A stretch of 64,000 nt of DNA, from assembly GCA_017504995.1 (NCBI GenBank), contig JAFVQC010000007.1, forward strand, positions 1,846 to 65,845. The letters run 5' to 3'. Below the pieces are notes generated by a model. It was not told the DNA's origin, ran no database searches, and saw only the letters and a list, made by a program, of their open reading frames with translations. This stretch comes from Clostridia bacterium (GTDB lineage: Bacteria > Bacillota > Clostridia > Oscillospirales > CAG-272). The translations under genes and the position numbers were made by a program. Below are positions 47,947 to 56,413 of the stretch, piece after piece; the stretch's first letter is position 1, and the number at the start of each line of letters is the position of its first letter.

Positions 47947-48152
47947 TATTTTATAGTATTATCTTTACTTTCAGTAATTTTTTCTTCTTTGATTTGAATA
48001 TCAAATTCGGGAAAACAAAGCAGAAAGTAATCACACTCGTCGCAACAACACTCAAATCCTTGCTCGCCGTTACCAAGACAAACGGTAGGTTTTCCCTGCG
48101 CAAGCTCAATACCTGTAATGTCTATACTCTTTTCTTGAATATTTTTATTCAT
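47946..48152 (-). CDS. Small low-GC cysteine-rich protein (68 aa, six Cys)
   Basis: ATG 48152 behind GGGGGA. MNKNIQEKSIDITGIELAQGKPTVCLGNGEQGFECCCDECDYFLLCFPEFDIQIKEEKITESKDNTIK. About 34% G+C by hand count (70/207). A terminator immediately follows the stop. Alternative starts at 48170 and 48164. Confidence 0.55.
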   Translation of the reverse strand: MNKNIQEKSIDITGIELAQGKPTVCLGNGEQGFECCCDECDYFLLCFPEFDIQIKEEKITESKDNTIK

Positions 48153-48562
48153 ATATTCCCCCATCAGCATATAATAAATATCCACCCGCATAGCGGGGGG
48201 GATTTCAGTTTCGGGCATAGCCCTAATACTACTGGCTGCGCACAAGTGCGCCGTGTATTGGTCTGCCAGCCATGCAATTGTTACTTGCTACCCGTAAACG
48301 GTTCTCCTAAAAGCCTTCCTCCGAGAGGAAGGTGCCGAGCTTGCGAGGCGGAAGGAGCCTGCGACACTTTGGTTTTCATCTCGCCATATTGCAACCGATC
48401 CATGTTTCTTAACGCATTCTCCCCCAGTCACCTTCGGTGACAGCCCCCTCTCGGAGGGAGCCTTTGGCACAAAACATTCTGCGCTTATTTTTCATTTGCA
48501 TTTTGCTTATCGGTAAAGCCTTTTTTGAACCCCGCCACTATGGCGAGGTTTTCATTAGACAA

Positions 48563-48769
48563 CAAAAAAGTGCGCAACCGAAGCCACGCACCGAAAAACG
48601 CCGACTCCAATTGTCGCCAAACAATCTCTTCATAGCATAGGTTCTCTATACAATCAAGCAGGAGCAACGTTTTTACCAAAACGAGTATGCTTAATTGTAT
48701 AGCAAAAAAGTTATAGTTATTCCATAACGAGAAAAAGACCTATAACTATGAATATTAAGATTGTTTGGC
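48563..48769 (-). ncRNA. Candidate small RNA or regulatory leader bounded by a consensus promoter and two intrinsic terminators
   Basis: On the minus strand, the promoter at 48776-48804 is followed by hairpin AGTTATAG...CTATAACT + TTTTTT (48747-48704). Next comes a nested helix CTATACAAT(AAGCA(CGTTTTggtaAAAACG)TGCTT)ATTGTATAG (48702-48646). Then comes the terminator GTGCGTGGCTTCGGTTGCGCAC + TTTTTT (48591-48563). No convincing ORF. Confidence 0.35.
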
Positions 48770-48775
48770 ATAACT

Positions 48776-48804
48776 ATTATATCACAATTTTCGCGGTTTG
48801 TAAA
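48776..48804 (-). promoter_or_regulatory. Near-consensus SigA promoter (extended -10) on the minus strand inside the island
   Basis: Reverse complement reads TTTACA, a 17-nt spacer, then TGaTATAAT. Confidence 0.6.
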
Positions 48805-48976
48805 CATATTTAGTGAAAATTTATCCAATTGCCTTCCGATAGGTAGAAAAATGCCTCGTCAGATTGTCAAGCCTTTTTATGTTCACCTATACCCATCAAA
48901 TTTCCTGACAAGCACCGCATTTGTATCCACAAACGCAAAATACGGCATACCTCTTTCGAGATATACCGTATTCTTG

Positions 48977-49020
48977 CAAAACTGTCCTTTAGAGAACAGC
49001 TCTAATCGTCCGTTTTTTGT
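48977..49020 (-). repeat. Right arm of the inverted repeat bracketing the AT-rich island
   Basis: Reverse complement ACAAAAAACGGACGATTAGAGCTGTTCTCTAAAGGACAGTTTTG matches 47829-47875. Confidence 0.8.
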
Positions 49021-49054
49021 TTTGGATAGTCGATCCACCCTACTCTTTGGTTTT

Positions 49055-49122
49055 AAGTTCTTGAAGGGAGTTTGAGGGGAACTTCTCGAAAGAAGTTCCC
49101 CTCATCGCATCCTAACGCATCC
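49055..49122. repeat. Repeat family E copy 2 (GAGGGGAACTTCT-cgaa-AGAAGTTCCCCTC + CGCATCCTAACGCATCC)
   Basis: Homologous to 21223-21287. It lies 13 nt downstream of the nfnB stop. Confidence 0.8.
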
Positions 49123-49134
49123 TCGCGTCCATCT

Positions 49135-50559
49135 TTATTTCTTAGATAAAATATACTCGTCAATGGCTTTGGCGGCAAGCTTGCCCGCGCCCATGGCGGA
49201 GATCACGGTAGCCGCCCCCGTCACCGCGTCGCCTCCCGCAAACACGCCCTCGCGGGTGGTCGCCCCCGTTGCTTCCTCCACGATGATTCCGCCGTGGCGG
49301 TTGACCTCAAGACCTTCGGTGGTCATTTTGATCAAGGGATTCGGCGACGTACCGATAGACATGACCACCGTATCCACCTCCAGAAGGAATTCGCTTCCCT
49401 CTACGGGCACGGGACGGCGGCGTCCTCGCTCGTCGGGTTCGCCCAGCTCCATTTTGATACAACGGATTCCCGTTACGAAGCCGTTTCTCGGATCGCGGGG
49501 ATCGTCGGGATTGTGATATCCCAAGATCTCCACGGGATTATTCAAAAGGCGGAAATCCACGCCCTCCTCAATGGCGTGCTCTACCTCCTCACGGCGGGCG
49601 GGAAGCTCCTCCATGGAACGACGGTAGATGATATACACCTTCTCCGCGCCCAAGCGAAGGGCGGTTCTCGCGGCGTCCATCGCCACGTTGCCGCCGCCTA
49701 TCACGGCGACCTTGCCCCCCTTCATGATGGGAGTTTCGGGATTCTCATGGTACGCCTTCATCAGGTTCGATCGGGTAAGGAATTCATTGGCGGAATACAC
49801 GCCCTTATAGGATTCTCCCGCAATGCCCATGAAGTTGGGAAGTCCCGCGCCCGAGCCGATAAAGACTGCCTCGTAGCCCGCCTCAAACAGCTCGTCAACC
49901 GTAAGGGTCTTTCCGATAACCATATTGGTCTTGATCTCCACCCCCATGGCAACGAGGTGATCGACCTCTTTCTTGACGATGGATTTGGGCAAACGGAACT
50001 CGGGAATGCCGTAAACCAGCACGCCGCCCGCGGCGTGAAGCGCCTCGAACACCGTCACGTCGTATCCCTTCTTGGCAAGATCACCCGCGCAGGTCAGACC
50101 CGAGGGTCCCGCGCCTACCACGGCGACCTTCCGTCCGTTCTTGGGGGCGGTCACGGGTGTCTCGGAAGAATGGGCGTTATGCCAGTCGGCAACGAAGCGT
50201 TCCAGCCGTCCGATTCCCACAGGCTCACCCTTGATGCCGCGGACACACTTGCTTTCGCACTGCGTCTCCTGCGGACAGACCCGTCCGCAAACGGCAGGCA
50301 GACTGGAGCTTTGGGCGATGATCTGATACGCCCCCTCAAAGTCTCCATCCTTGATCTTGGCGATAAATTCGGGAATATGTACGTTGACGGGACAGCCCGT
50401 CACGCAGGGCATGTTTTTACAGTTCAGGCAACGAAGCGCCTCGTCGATGGCGGTTGCCTCGTCGTAGCCAAGGGCAACCTCCGCAAAGTTCCTTGCCCGT
50501 ACCGATGGCTCTTGGGAGGGCATGGGGTTCTTTTTCGGACTCATATTCGGCATACTCAT
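49135..50559 (-). CDS. nfnB: NfnB-type NADPH-dependent oxidoreductase (GltD/SudA family; often annotated as glutamate synthase small chain)
   Basis: 474 aa. N-terminal 2x[4Fe-4S] cysteine motifs (CLNCKNMPCVTGCP, CGRVCPQETQCESKC), FAD and NADPH Rossmann motifs (VAVVGAGPSGL, VAVIGGGNVAMD). The start overlaps the upstream stop (ATGA). Confidence 0.85.
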   Translation of the reverse strand: MSMPNMSPKKNPMPSQEPSVRARNFAEVALGYDEATAIDEALRCLNCKNMPCVTGCPVNVHIPEFIAKIKDGDFEGAYQIIAQSSSLPAVCGRVCPQETQCESKCVRGIKGEPVGIGRLERFVADWHNAHSSETPVTAPKNGRKVAVVGAGPSGLTCAGDLAKKGYDVTVFEALHAAGGVLVYGIPEFRLPKSIVKKEVDHLVAMGVEIKTNMVIGKTLTVDELFEAGYEAVFIGSGAGLPNFMGIAGESYKGVYSANEFLTRSNLMKAYHENPETPIMKGGKVAVIGGGNVAMDAARTALRLGAEKVYIIYRRSMEELPARREEVEHAIEEGVDFRLLNNPVEILGYHNPDDPRDPRNGFVTGIRCIKMELGEPDERGRRRPVPVEGSEFLLEVDTVVMSIGTSPNPLIKMTTEGLEVNRHGGIIVEEATGATTREGVFAGGDAVTGAATVISAMGAGKLAAKAIDEYILSKK

Positions 50560-51410
50560 TTTCCCTCCTTGGCAAAGAGATTGCAGGTAGCTTCGTAGGC
50601 GTGGCGCTCAAAGTCCCGATAGGTACTGCCCCGCATCATCGCCTCGTCAAAATCCACCTCGTATCCGTTAAAATCGGGACCGTCCACGCAAGCGAATTCG
50701 GTGACCCGCTTACCCTCGCGGAGCAAGGTCAGACGGCAGCCGCCGCACATACCCGTTCCGTCGATCATAATGGGGTTCATGGAGACGGTACAGGGAATTC
50801 CCGTGGGACGCACCGTTTCCGTGACGAATTTCATCATGATCAGCGGTCCGATGGTAATGACCTCGTCAAAGGCTTCTCCCTCGGCAAGCAGACGGGACAG
50901 AGGCATACAGACGTTGCCCTTCTCTCCGTAAGAGCCGTCGTCGGTCATGACGAAAAGGCGCTTCGAAACTTGGGCAAAATCCTTCTCCAGAATCAAGAGA
51001 TCCTTCGAACGGAAGCCGATGATCGAGGTAACCTCACACCCCTGCTCCCAAAGCTTCTTTGCCACGGGAAGGGCGATGGCACAGCCCACGCCGCCGCCAA
51101 CGATACAGACCTTTTTCCGCCCTTCGGTCTCGGTCTTTTTTCCAAGCGGTCCGACGAAATCGCAGATCGTCTCTCCCTCTTTCTTTTGATTCAGCTTTGC
51201 CGTAGTCGCGCCGACGATCTGGAAAATGATGGTGACCGTTCCCTTTTCTCGGTCATAGCCCGCCACGGTAAGGGGAATCCGTTCTCCCTCCTCGTCCACG
51301 CGGAGAATGATAAACTGTCCCGCCTCCGCCTTTGCGGCAACGAAGGGCGCTTCGATCTCCATGCGTGTGACCGTGGGATTCAGTTCTTCTTTTTTTACGA
51401 TTTTATACAT
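50556..51410 (-). CDS. nfnA: NfnA-type ferredoxin-NADP+ reductase-like subunit (SudB / PyrK-like)
   Basis: 284 aa from ATG 51410 (GGAGA RBS). FAD-binding barrel (RIPLTVAGYD), NAD-binding GGGVGCA, C-terminal [2Fe-2S] cysteines (CGGC...C). Confidence 0.8.
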   Translation of the reverse strand: MYKIVKKEELNPTVTRMEIEAPFVAAKAEAGQFIILRVDEEGERIPLTVAGYDREKGTVTIIFQIVGATTAKLNQKKEGETICDFVGPLGKKTETEGRKKVCIVGGGVGCAIALPVAKKLWEQGCEVTSIIGFRSKDLLILEKDFAQVSKRLFVMTDDGSYGEKGNVCMPLSRLLAEGEAFDEVITIGPLIMMKFVTETVRPTGIPCTVSMNPIMIDGTGMCGGCRLTLLREGKRVTEFACVDGPDFNGYEVDFDEAMMRGSTYRDFERHAYEATCNLFAKEGK

Positions 51411-51430
51411 TGATTTCTCCATAAACATCT

Positions 51431-51461
51431 ATTGCACCCCAAACGCCGTTTGAGGTGCAAT
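51431..51461 (-). terminator. Hairpin after tsf (weak T-run)
   Basis: On the minus strand: TTGCACCTCAAAC-ggc-GTTTGGGGTGCAA. Confidence 0.45.
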
Positions 51462-51479
51462 ACTGATATCAATTTGGGA

Positions 51480-52409
51480 TTAGTTACCCGTCAGCTTTGC
51501 GATCTCATCCGCAAAGTTCTCTTCTCTCTTCTGGATGCCCTCGCCCTTTTCAAAGCGGTAGAATCCCGTTACGGCGATCGCTCCGCCCAGCTCCTTTGCG
51601 GTAGCGTCAACGTACTGACCAACCTTCATGTCGTCGTCCTTGACGTACGCCATGTCAAGCAGGCAGTTGTTGTCGTAGAACTTGCTGATACGACCCGTAA
51701 CCATCTTTTCAATGATCTGGGGAGGCTTCTTCGCGTTGGCGGGATCGTTTGCGATCTGCGCCATCAGAATTGCCTTCTCTTCCTCAATCACGGATGCGGG
51801 AACAGACTCCTTGTTCAAGTAAGGCGTGGGGTACGCGCCAACCTGAAGGGCAACGTTCTTCGCGAATGCGGCGAACTCGTCCTTTGCGGCAACTGCCTCG
51901 TCAGCGTCGAAGCTCACGATAACACCGATGGTGCCCGTGCCGTGGATATAGGTGCTGGTCAGACCCTCTGCGATCACGAAGCGGCGGATGCTGATCTTTT
52001 CGCCGATCACGAAGATCATTTCCTTCAGCTTTGCGTCAACGGTTGCACTTCCGTCGATATAGTCGGATGCCAGAAGCGCGTCTACGTCAGCAGGCTTGTT
52101 TGCGATGATGGTCTTGAGCAGGTTCTTTACGAACTCCTGGAAGGATGCGTTCTTTGCTACGAAGTCGGTCTCGGAGTTGACCTCGATCATTGCGGTTACG
52201 TTGCCCTCTTTCATGATGTCAACGATACCGTCAGCCGCAATTCTGGTTGCAGCCTTTGCTTCTGCCTTCAGTTCGCCTCTCTTGCGGAGGATCTTGATTG
52301 CTTCTTCTACGTCGCCGTTTGCCTCTACCAGAGCCTTCTTGCACTCCATCATACCGATACCGGTCTTTGCGCGCAATGCGGCAACGTCTTTTGCAGTAAT
52401 GTTTGCCAT
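51480..52409 (-). CDS. tsf: Translation elongation factor Ts
   Basis: 309 aa from ATG 52409. MANITAKDVAALRAKTGIGMMECKKALVEANGDVEEAIKILRKRG (UBA-like N-terminus). Confidence 0.95.
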   Translation of the reverse strand: MANITAKDVAALRAKTGIGMMECKKALVEANGDVEEAIKILRKRGELKAEAKAATRIAADGIVDIMKEGNVTAMIEVNSETDFVAKNASFQEFVKNLLKTIIANKPADVDALLASDYIDGSATVDAKLKEMIFVIGEKISIRRFVIAEGLTSTYIHGTGTIGVIVSFDADEAVAAKDEFAAFAKNVALQVGAYPTPYLNKESVPASVIEEEKAILMAQIANDPANAKKPPQIIEKMVTGRISKFYDNNCLLDMAYVKDDDMKVGQYVDATAKELGGAIAVTGFYRFEKGEGIQKREENFADEIAKLTGN

Positions 52410-52457
52410 AATTTTTATCGTCCTTTCAGAATGATTCAAAAATAGTGGTATTCGAAA

Positions 52458-53198
52458 TTATTCAGCGTCAGCTGCTTCGGTAGCTTCCTCAGCTGCCTCT
52501 GCCTCTTCCATCTGCTCGCCCTGCTTGCCTTCGATTACAGCGTCAGCCAGCGCGGAGGAGATGAGCTTGATCGCGCGGATCGCGTCGTCGTTACCGGGGA
52601 TGATGTAGTCGGCATCGTCGGGATCGCAGTTGGTGTCAACGATTGCAACAACCGGAATACCCAGCTTCTTTGCCTCAAGCACTGCGTTTCTTTCCTTCTT
52701 GGGGTCTACGATGAAGATTGCTGCGGGCAGCTCGTCCATGGTCTTGATACCGCCGTAGTTCTTCTCAAGGTCGAAGATCTCCTTCTGCTTTGCGGCAACT
52801 TCCTTCTTGGGAAGCAGATCAAAGGTGCCGTCCTCCTGCATCTTCGTCAGGCTGTTCAGACGACCGATGGAACGCTTGATGGTCTTGAAGTTGGTCATCA
52901 TACCGCCGGGCCAACGAACGTTTACGTAGTACATACCGCAACGGGTTGCCTCTTCCTTGATAGCGTCTGCCGCCTGCTTCTTCGTACCAACGAACAGAAC
53001 GTTGCCGCCCTGCGCTGCTACGTCGCGTACGAAGTTGTACGCCTCATCGAACTTCTTTACGGTTTTCTGAAGGTCGATGATGTAGATTCCGTTTCTTTCG
53101 GTGAAGATGTACTCCTGCATTTTGGGGTTCCATCTTCTGGTGTGGTGTCCGAAATGTACACCTGCTTCGAGAAGCTGCTTGATAGAGATAATAGACAT
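52458..53198 (-). CDS. rpsB: 30S ribosomal protein S2
   Basis: 246 aa from ATG 53198 (AAGGAGGA RBS). [27 protein letters not shown]... Confidence 0.95.
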   Translation of the reverse strand: MSIISIKQLLEAGVHFGHHTRRWNPKMQEYIFTERNGIYIIDLQKTVKKFDEAYNFVRDVAAQGGNVLFVGTKKQAADAIKEEATRCGMYYVNVRWPGGMMTNFKTIKRSIGRLNSLTKMQEDGTFDLLPKKEVAAKQKEIFDLEKNYGGIKTMDELPAAIFIVDPKKERNAVLEAKKLGIPVVAIVDTNCDPDDADYIIPGNDDAIRAIKLISSALADAVIEGKQGEQMEEAEAAEEATEAADAE

Positions 53199-53333
53199 GA
53201 TATGTCCTCCTTCGGTTTTTCCACCACGCCACATAGCGATTTTGTTGCCGCATGACAACACCGCGTCGCCCTCTGTCGGCGTGTGTGTATTTTATTTTTT
53301 GCGCCGACTCTCTACATCAACGCAATTGTAAGA

Positions 53334-53362
53334 ATTATACCATATTTTTTCTATGTTCGCAA
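53334..53362 (-). promoter_or_regulatory. SigA promoter (extended -10) for rpsB-tsf
   Basis: Reverse complement reads TTGCGA, a 17-nt spacer, then TGgTATAAT. The ~130-nt leader contains hairpin GTCGGCG...CGCCGAC. Confidence 0.6.
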
Positions 53363-53438
53363 CGGTATTTTCAGGTGTTTACAAAATGTTTACAATTCGT
53401 TTTTGTAACCATGTAGCAAGCATATTCGAAAAAAAGAA

Positions 53439-53468
53439 TTGACTTTTTTTCGGTTTCGTTATATAATG
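53439..53468 (+). promoter_or_regulatory. Candidate promoter for the DUF815 ATPase-mutY operon
   Basis: TTGACT (53439-53444), 18-nt spacer, TATAAT (53463-53468). Confidence 0.5.
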
Positions 53469-53497
53469 TAAGCAACGCTTGCAAGGAAGGAATTTTT

Positions 53498-54814
53498 ATG
53501 TATAAAAAATTATCCCGTTTGATCATTTACCGCGACGTGGAGGGCGACAGTATTCTGTGGACGCTGGGTCGCATCTTCGAGGATTTCGATACCGCCGCGG
53601 ACACCCACGAGCATCTTCGCGCCCGAATCTACGTTCAGGTTCGGCGGCTATTGGAGCTTGCCACGAAATACGGATTTGACAACAATCTTTGGCACAATTA
53701 TCTGACCTTTTTGCTGATCACCGACGAAAATCCCTTTAGCCTGACCTACGAAAAGGCAGGCAAGCAGGAAGGTACGGTCAACCGCTTTGCCCTCAATGAT
53801 TTTCAGGTGTTCAAGGAGCTGTTCGACTTTGATTTTTCCCCCATCGAATCCGCCCTTGGGATCGACTGCTTCTCTACTCTCTCCGACTATCACGCCATCG
53901 CCAAGCGAGAGCAGATCTATAACAAAAACGTCAGTGAAAAGGTGCGTACTCTCAGCCGTGAGCTGGAGAACGCCCCCGATGCCGAAACGGTCTTTGCGGC
54001 TGTCGCGGACTTTTACCGCGCCTACGGCGTGGGTATGTTCGGCTTGAACAAGGCGTTCCGCCTGTCAGGAGACGAGAGAGCGTTCTCGATCCAACCCATT
54101 ACCAATATGGAGCCCATCCGTCTGGACGATCTGATCGGCTACGAGCTGCAAAAGAACCGACTCATTGAAAACACCGAAGCCTTCGTGGCAGGTCGGGGCG
54201 CGAACAACGTCCTTCTCTACGGAGACAGCGGCACGGGAAAATCCACCAGCATCAAAGCCATCGTCAATCGGTATTACGACCAAGGATTGCGCATGATCGA
54301 GATCTACAAGCATCAGTTCTGCCACCTGTCCGCCGTAATCTCCCGCATCAAAAACCGAAACTACCGCTTCATCATTTATATGGACGACCTGTCCTTCGAG
54401 GAACAGGAGATCGAATACAAATATCTCAAAGCCATCATTGAGGGCGGCGTGGAGACCAAGCCCGACAACGTGCTGATCTACGCCACCTCCAACCGCCGTC
54501 ACTTGATCAAGGAGACCTGGAATGACCGTACGGACTCCGAGATCAAAGGCGATATCCACCGTTCGGAGACCATCGAGGAAAAGCTGTCGCTGGTCAACCG
54601 CTTCGGTCTCTCTATTGGCTATTTCAAGCCCTCCCGTCCCGAATTTGACCACATCGTTCTCGCCCTTGCCGCCCGCCATCCCGAGATCAACCTGCCCGAG
54701 GAGCAGATCCTTGCCGAAGCCCACGCGTGGGAGCTGAGAAACGGCGGTATTTCGGGCAGAACGGCGCAACAGTTCGTCAACCATCTGTGCGGAAAAAGCG
54801 AAACGAAGCAATAA
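53498..54814 (+). CDS. DUF815-type AAA ATPase
   Basis: Walker A LLYGDSGTGKST, Walker B FIIYMDDLSF, ...VLIYATSNRRHL. Confidence 0.8.
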   Translation: MYKKLSRLIIYRDVEGDSILWTLGRIFEDFDTAADTHEHLRARIYVQVRRLLELATKYGFDNNLWHNYLTFLLITDENPFSLTYEKAGKQEGTVNRFALNDFQVFKELFDFDFSPIESALGIDCFSTLSDYHAIAKREQIYNKNVSEKVRTLSRELENAPDAETVFAAVADFYRAYGVGMFGLNKAFRLSGDERAFSIQPITNMEPIRLDDLIGYELQKNRLIENTEAFVAGRGANNVLLYGDSGTGKSTSIKAIVNRYYDQGLRMIEIYKHQFCHLSAVISRIKNRNYRFIIYMDDLSFEEQEIEYKYLKAIIEGGVETKPDNVLIYATSNRRHLIKETWNDRTDSEIKGDIHRSETIEEKLSLVNRFGLSIGYFKPSRPEFDHIVLALAARHPEINLPEEQILAEAHAWELRNGGISGRTAQQFVNHLCGKSETKQ

Positions 54815-54826
54815 CGAAGGAGTTTT

Positions 54827-55900
54827 ATGAAGGAACACCCCAACGATTTTTCTCTCATTCCCGCGCTTTTCCCCCCGCTTTTGGATTGGCATCGCGCAAA
54901 CCGCCGTATCCTTCCTTGGCGGGAAAGCAAAGACCCCTATCGCATCTGGCTTTCGGAGATCATGCTCCAGCAAACGCGGATCGAGGCGGTCATTCCCTAC
55001 TATCACCGTTTTCTCGCCGAGCTTCCCACCGTATCGGCGCTTGCCGCCGTTTCCGATGAAAAGCTTATGAAGCTCTGGGAAGGGCTTGGTTATTACAGCC
55101 GCGCCCGCAATCTCAAACGGGCGGCGATCACCGTCATGACCGAATACGGCGGCGAGCTGCCCCGAGCCTATCACGAGCTTTTGCGTCTTTCGGGCATCGG
55201 AGAATACACGGCAGGCGCCATCGCGTCCATCGCCTACGGTCTGCCCGAGCCTGCCGTGGACGGCAACGTGCTTCGGGTCATTATGCGACTGACGGGCAGA
55301 GAGGACGACGTCTCCCTTGCCGCCACGAAAAAGAAGGTCACAGAGGAGCTTCGCGCCATCTACCCCTCGGGAGAGGAAGCGGGGCTTCTCACGGAAGGAC
55401 TGATGGAGCTGGGAGAACAGATCTGCCTGCCCAACGGCACGCCAAAATGCGAGAGCTGTCCGTGGCAGGTCAGCTGTATCGCCTACCGAGAGGGACGCGA
55501 GACCGAGCTGCCGAAAAAAAGCCCCAAGAAAAGCAGACGGATCGAGAACTATACCGTTCTTCTGCTGATCCACGACGGAAGGATCGCCATAAGAAAACGC
55601 CCCGAAAACGGGCTTTTGGCAGGACTGTGGGAGCTTCCCAGCCTTACGGGACACCGATCGGCGGACGAAGCTCTTGCGTGGTTGCGGCAACAGGGACTGT
55701 CTCCCCGCGAAGTATCCCCCTGCCCTTCCGCCACCCATATCTTCACCCACGTGGAATGGCACATGATCGGCATGATCGCCCAATGTGATACCCCCACGGA
55801 CGACTTCGTCTGGGTATCGGCAGAGGAATTGAATGAAACCTTTGCCCTACCCACCGCCTTCCGCGCCTACCGAACCCTGTTTTTGAAAAAGCAACGATAA
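54827..55900 (+). CDS. mutY: A/G-specific adenine DNA glycosylase MutY
   Basis: HhH-GPD (WLSEIMLQQTR, GLGYYSRARNL, GIGEYTAGAI), 4Fe-4S cluster loop (CxxxxxxCxxCxxxxxC), C-terminal NUDIX-like domain. Confidence 0.9.
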   Translation: MKEHPNDFSLIPALFPPLLDWHRANRRILPWRESKDPYRIWLSEIMLQQTRIEAVIPYYHRFLAELPTVSALAAVSDEKLMKLWEGLGYYSRARNLKRAAITVMTEYGGELPRAYHELLRLSGIGEYTAGAIASIAYGLPEPAVDGNVLRVIMRLTGREDDVSLAATKKKVTEELRAIYPSGEEAGLLTEGLMELGEQICLPNGTPKCESCPWQVSCIAYREGRETELPKKSPKKSRRIENYTVLLLIHDGRIAIRKRPENGLLAGLWELPSLTGHRSADEALAWLRQQGLSPREVSPCPSATHIFTHVEWHMIGMIAQCDTPTDDFVWVSAEELNETFALPTAFRAYRTLFLKKQR

Positions 55901-55935
55901 AAAACCGTCTCGTTATAAAAGACACGTACTCGAAT

Positions 55936-55968
55936 GGACAGAGAATTTCAAGTTCTCTGTCCTCTTTA
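55936..55968 (+). terminator. mutY terminator (GACAGAGAA hairpin family)
   Basis: GGACAGAGAA-tttcaag-TTCTCTGTCC followed by TCTTTATATT. Confidence 0.6.
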
Positions 55969-56003
55969 TATTGACAAGTACTGACTGAATGAAACGCAGC
56001 AGA

Positions 56004-56150
56004 CGGGAGGAGCAAGCCCCTCCCCTACCTCGTATGATGGTGTTTCAAAATCCAATTATATCCATTATGTTCGTAAAGCGCTAAAGGAAAAGCGAATGGC
56101 TTCTGTTAAAACAAACAAGAGATCGGTAGGGGAGGGGCTTGCTCCTCCCG
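56004..56150. repeat. REP-like dyad, variant c, heads inward
   Basis: CGGGAGGAGCAAGCCCCTCCCCTAC (56004-56028) and GTAGGGGAGGGGCTTGCTCCTCCCG (56126-56150). Confidence 0.85.
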
Positions 56151-56266
56151 TATCTATTGTCAAAACTAACGCAAAGGCACTTTTGACATTAGCATATCAA
56201 AAGTCTTTCACTTACCTTCCGAAAAGTAATAAAAAGCCTTCCCTTGTGGAAAAAACTGAATAAACC

Positions 56267-56314
56267 GTAGGGGCGTTCTGCGAACGCCCGCGGGCGAACA
56301 CAGTTCGCCCCTAC
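56267..56314. repeat. Abutting REP-like dyad, variant d, heads outward
   Basis: GTAGGGGCGTTCTGCGAACGCCCGC directly joined to GGGCGAACACAGTTCGCCCCTAC. Confidence 0.85.
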
Positions 56315-56413
56315 CGAGTTTTTTGAAAATTTGAGAGATATGTTCTTAATTAAAGCATACGACGAACTGCATTTGCAGACACAAATGCGAATATTATTAA
56401 CAAAAAATAGTAT

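Noticed and set aside
48236-48310. GTGCG plus ...CCGTAAACGGTTC strings that suggested a group II intron 5' end and domain V.
   Set aside because: The putative domain V halves are about 35 nt apart instead of forming a 34-nt hairpin. The element order is wrong on either strand. There is no intron-encoded reverse transcriptase ORF or other domains.
48485-48679. 64-aa minus-strand ORF and the 31-aa MKRLFGDNW... micro-ORF inside the candidate sRNA region (considered as a type I toxin).
   Set aside because: Neither has a Shine-Dalgarno sequence, both read straight through an intrinsic terminator stem, and the peptides are not hydrophobic-helix toxins.
48855-48880. A second TTGACA on the minus strand (about 48865-48870), considered as a promoter.
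   Set aside because: There is no acceptable -10 hexamer 16-19 nt downstream; the sequence there reads TCTACC.
48761-49075. 104-aa plus-strand ORF in the AT-rich island.
   Set aside because: It has a TTG start without an RBS and overlaps the minus-strand promoter and the inverted-repeat arm. Its composition is typical of AT-rich non-coding DNA.
49135-50559. Annotating this gene simply as glutamate synthase (gltA/gltD).
   Set aside because: No GltB partner is adjacent, and the gene is coupled to a PyrK/SudB-like subunit. An NfnB/SudA-type assignment fits better, though this is unproven without phylogeny.
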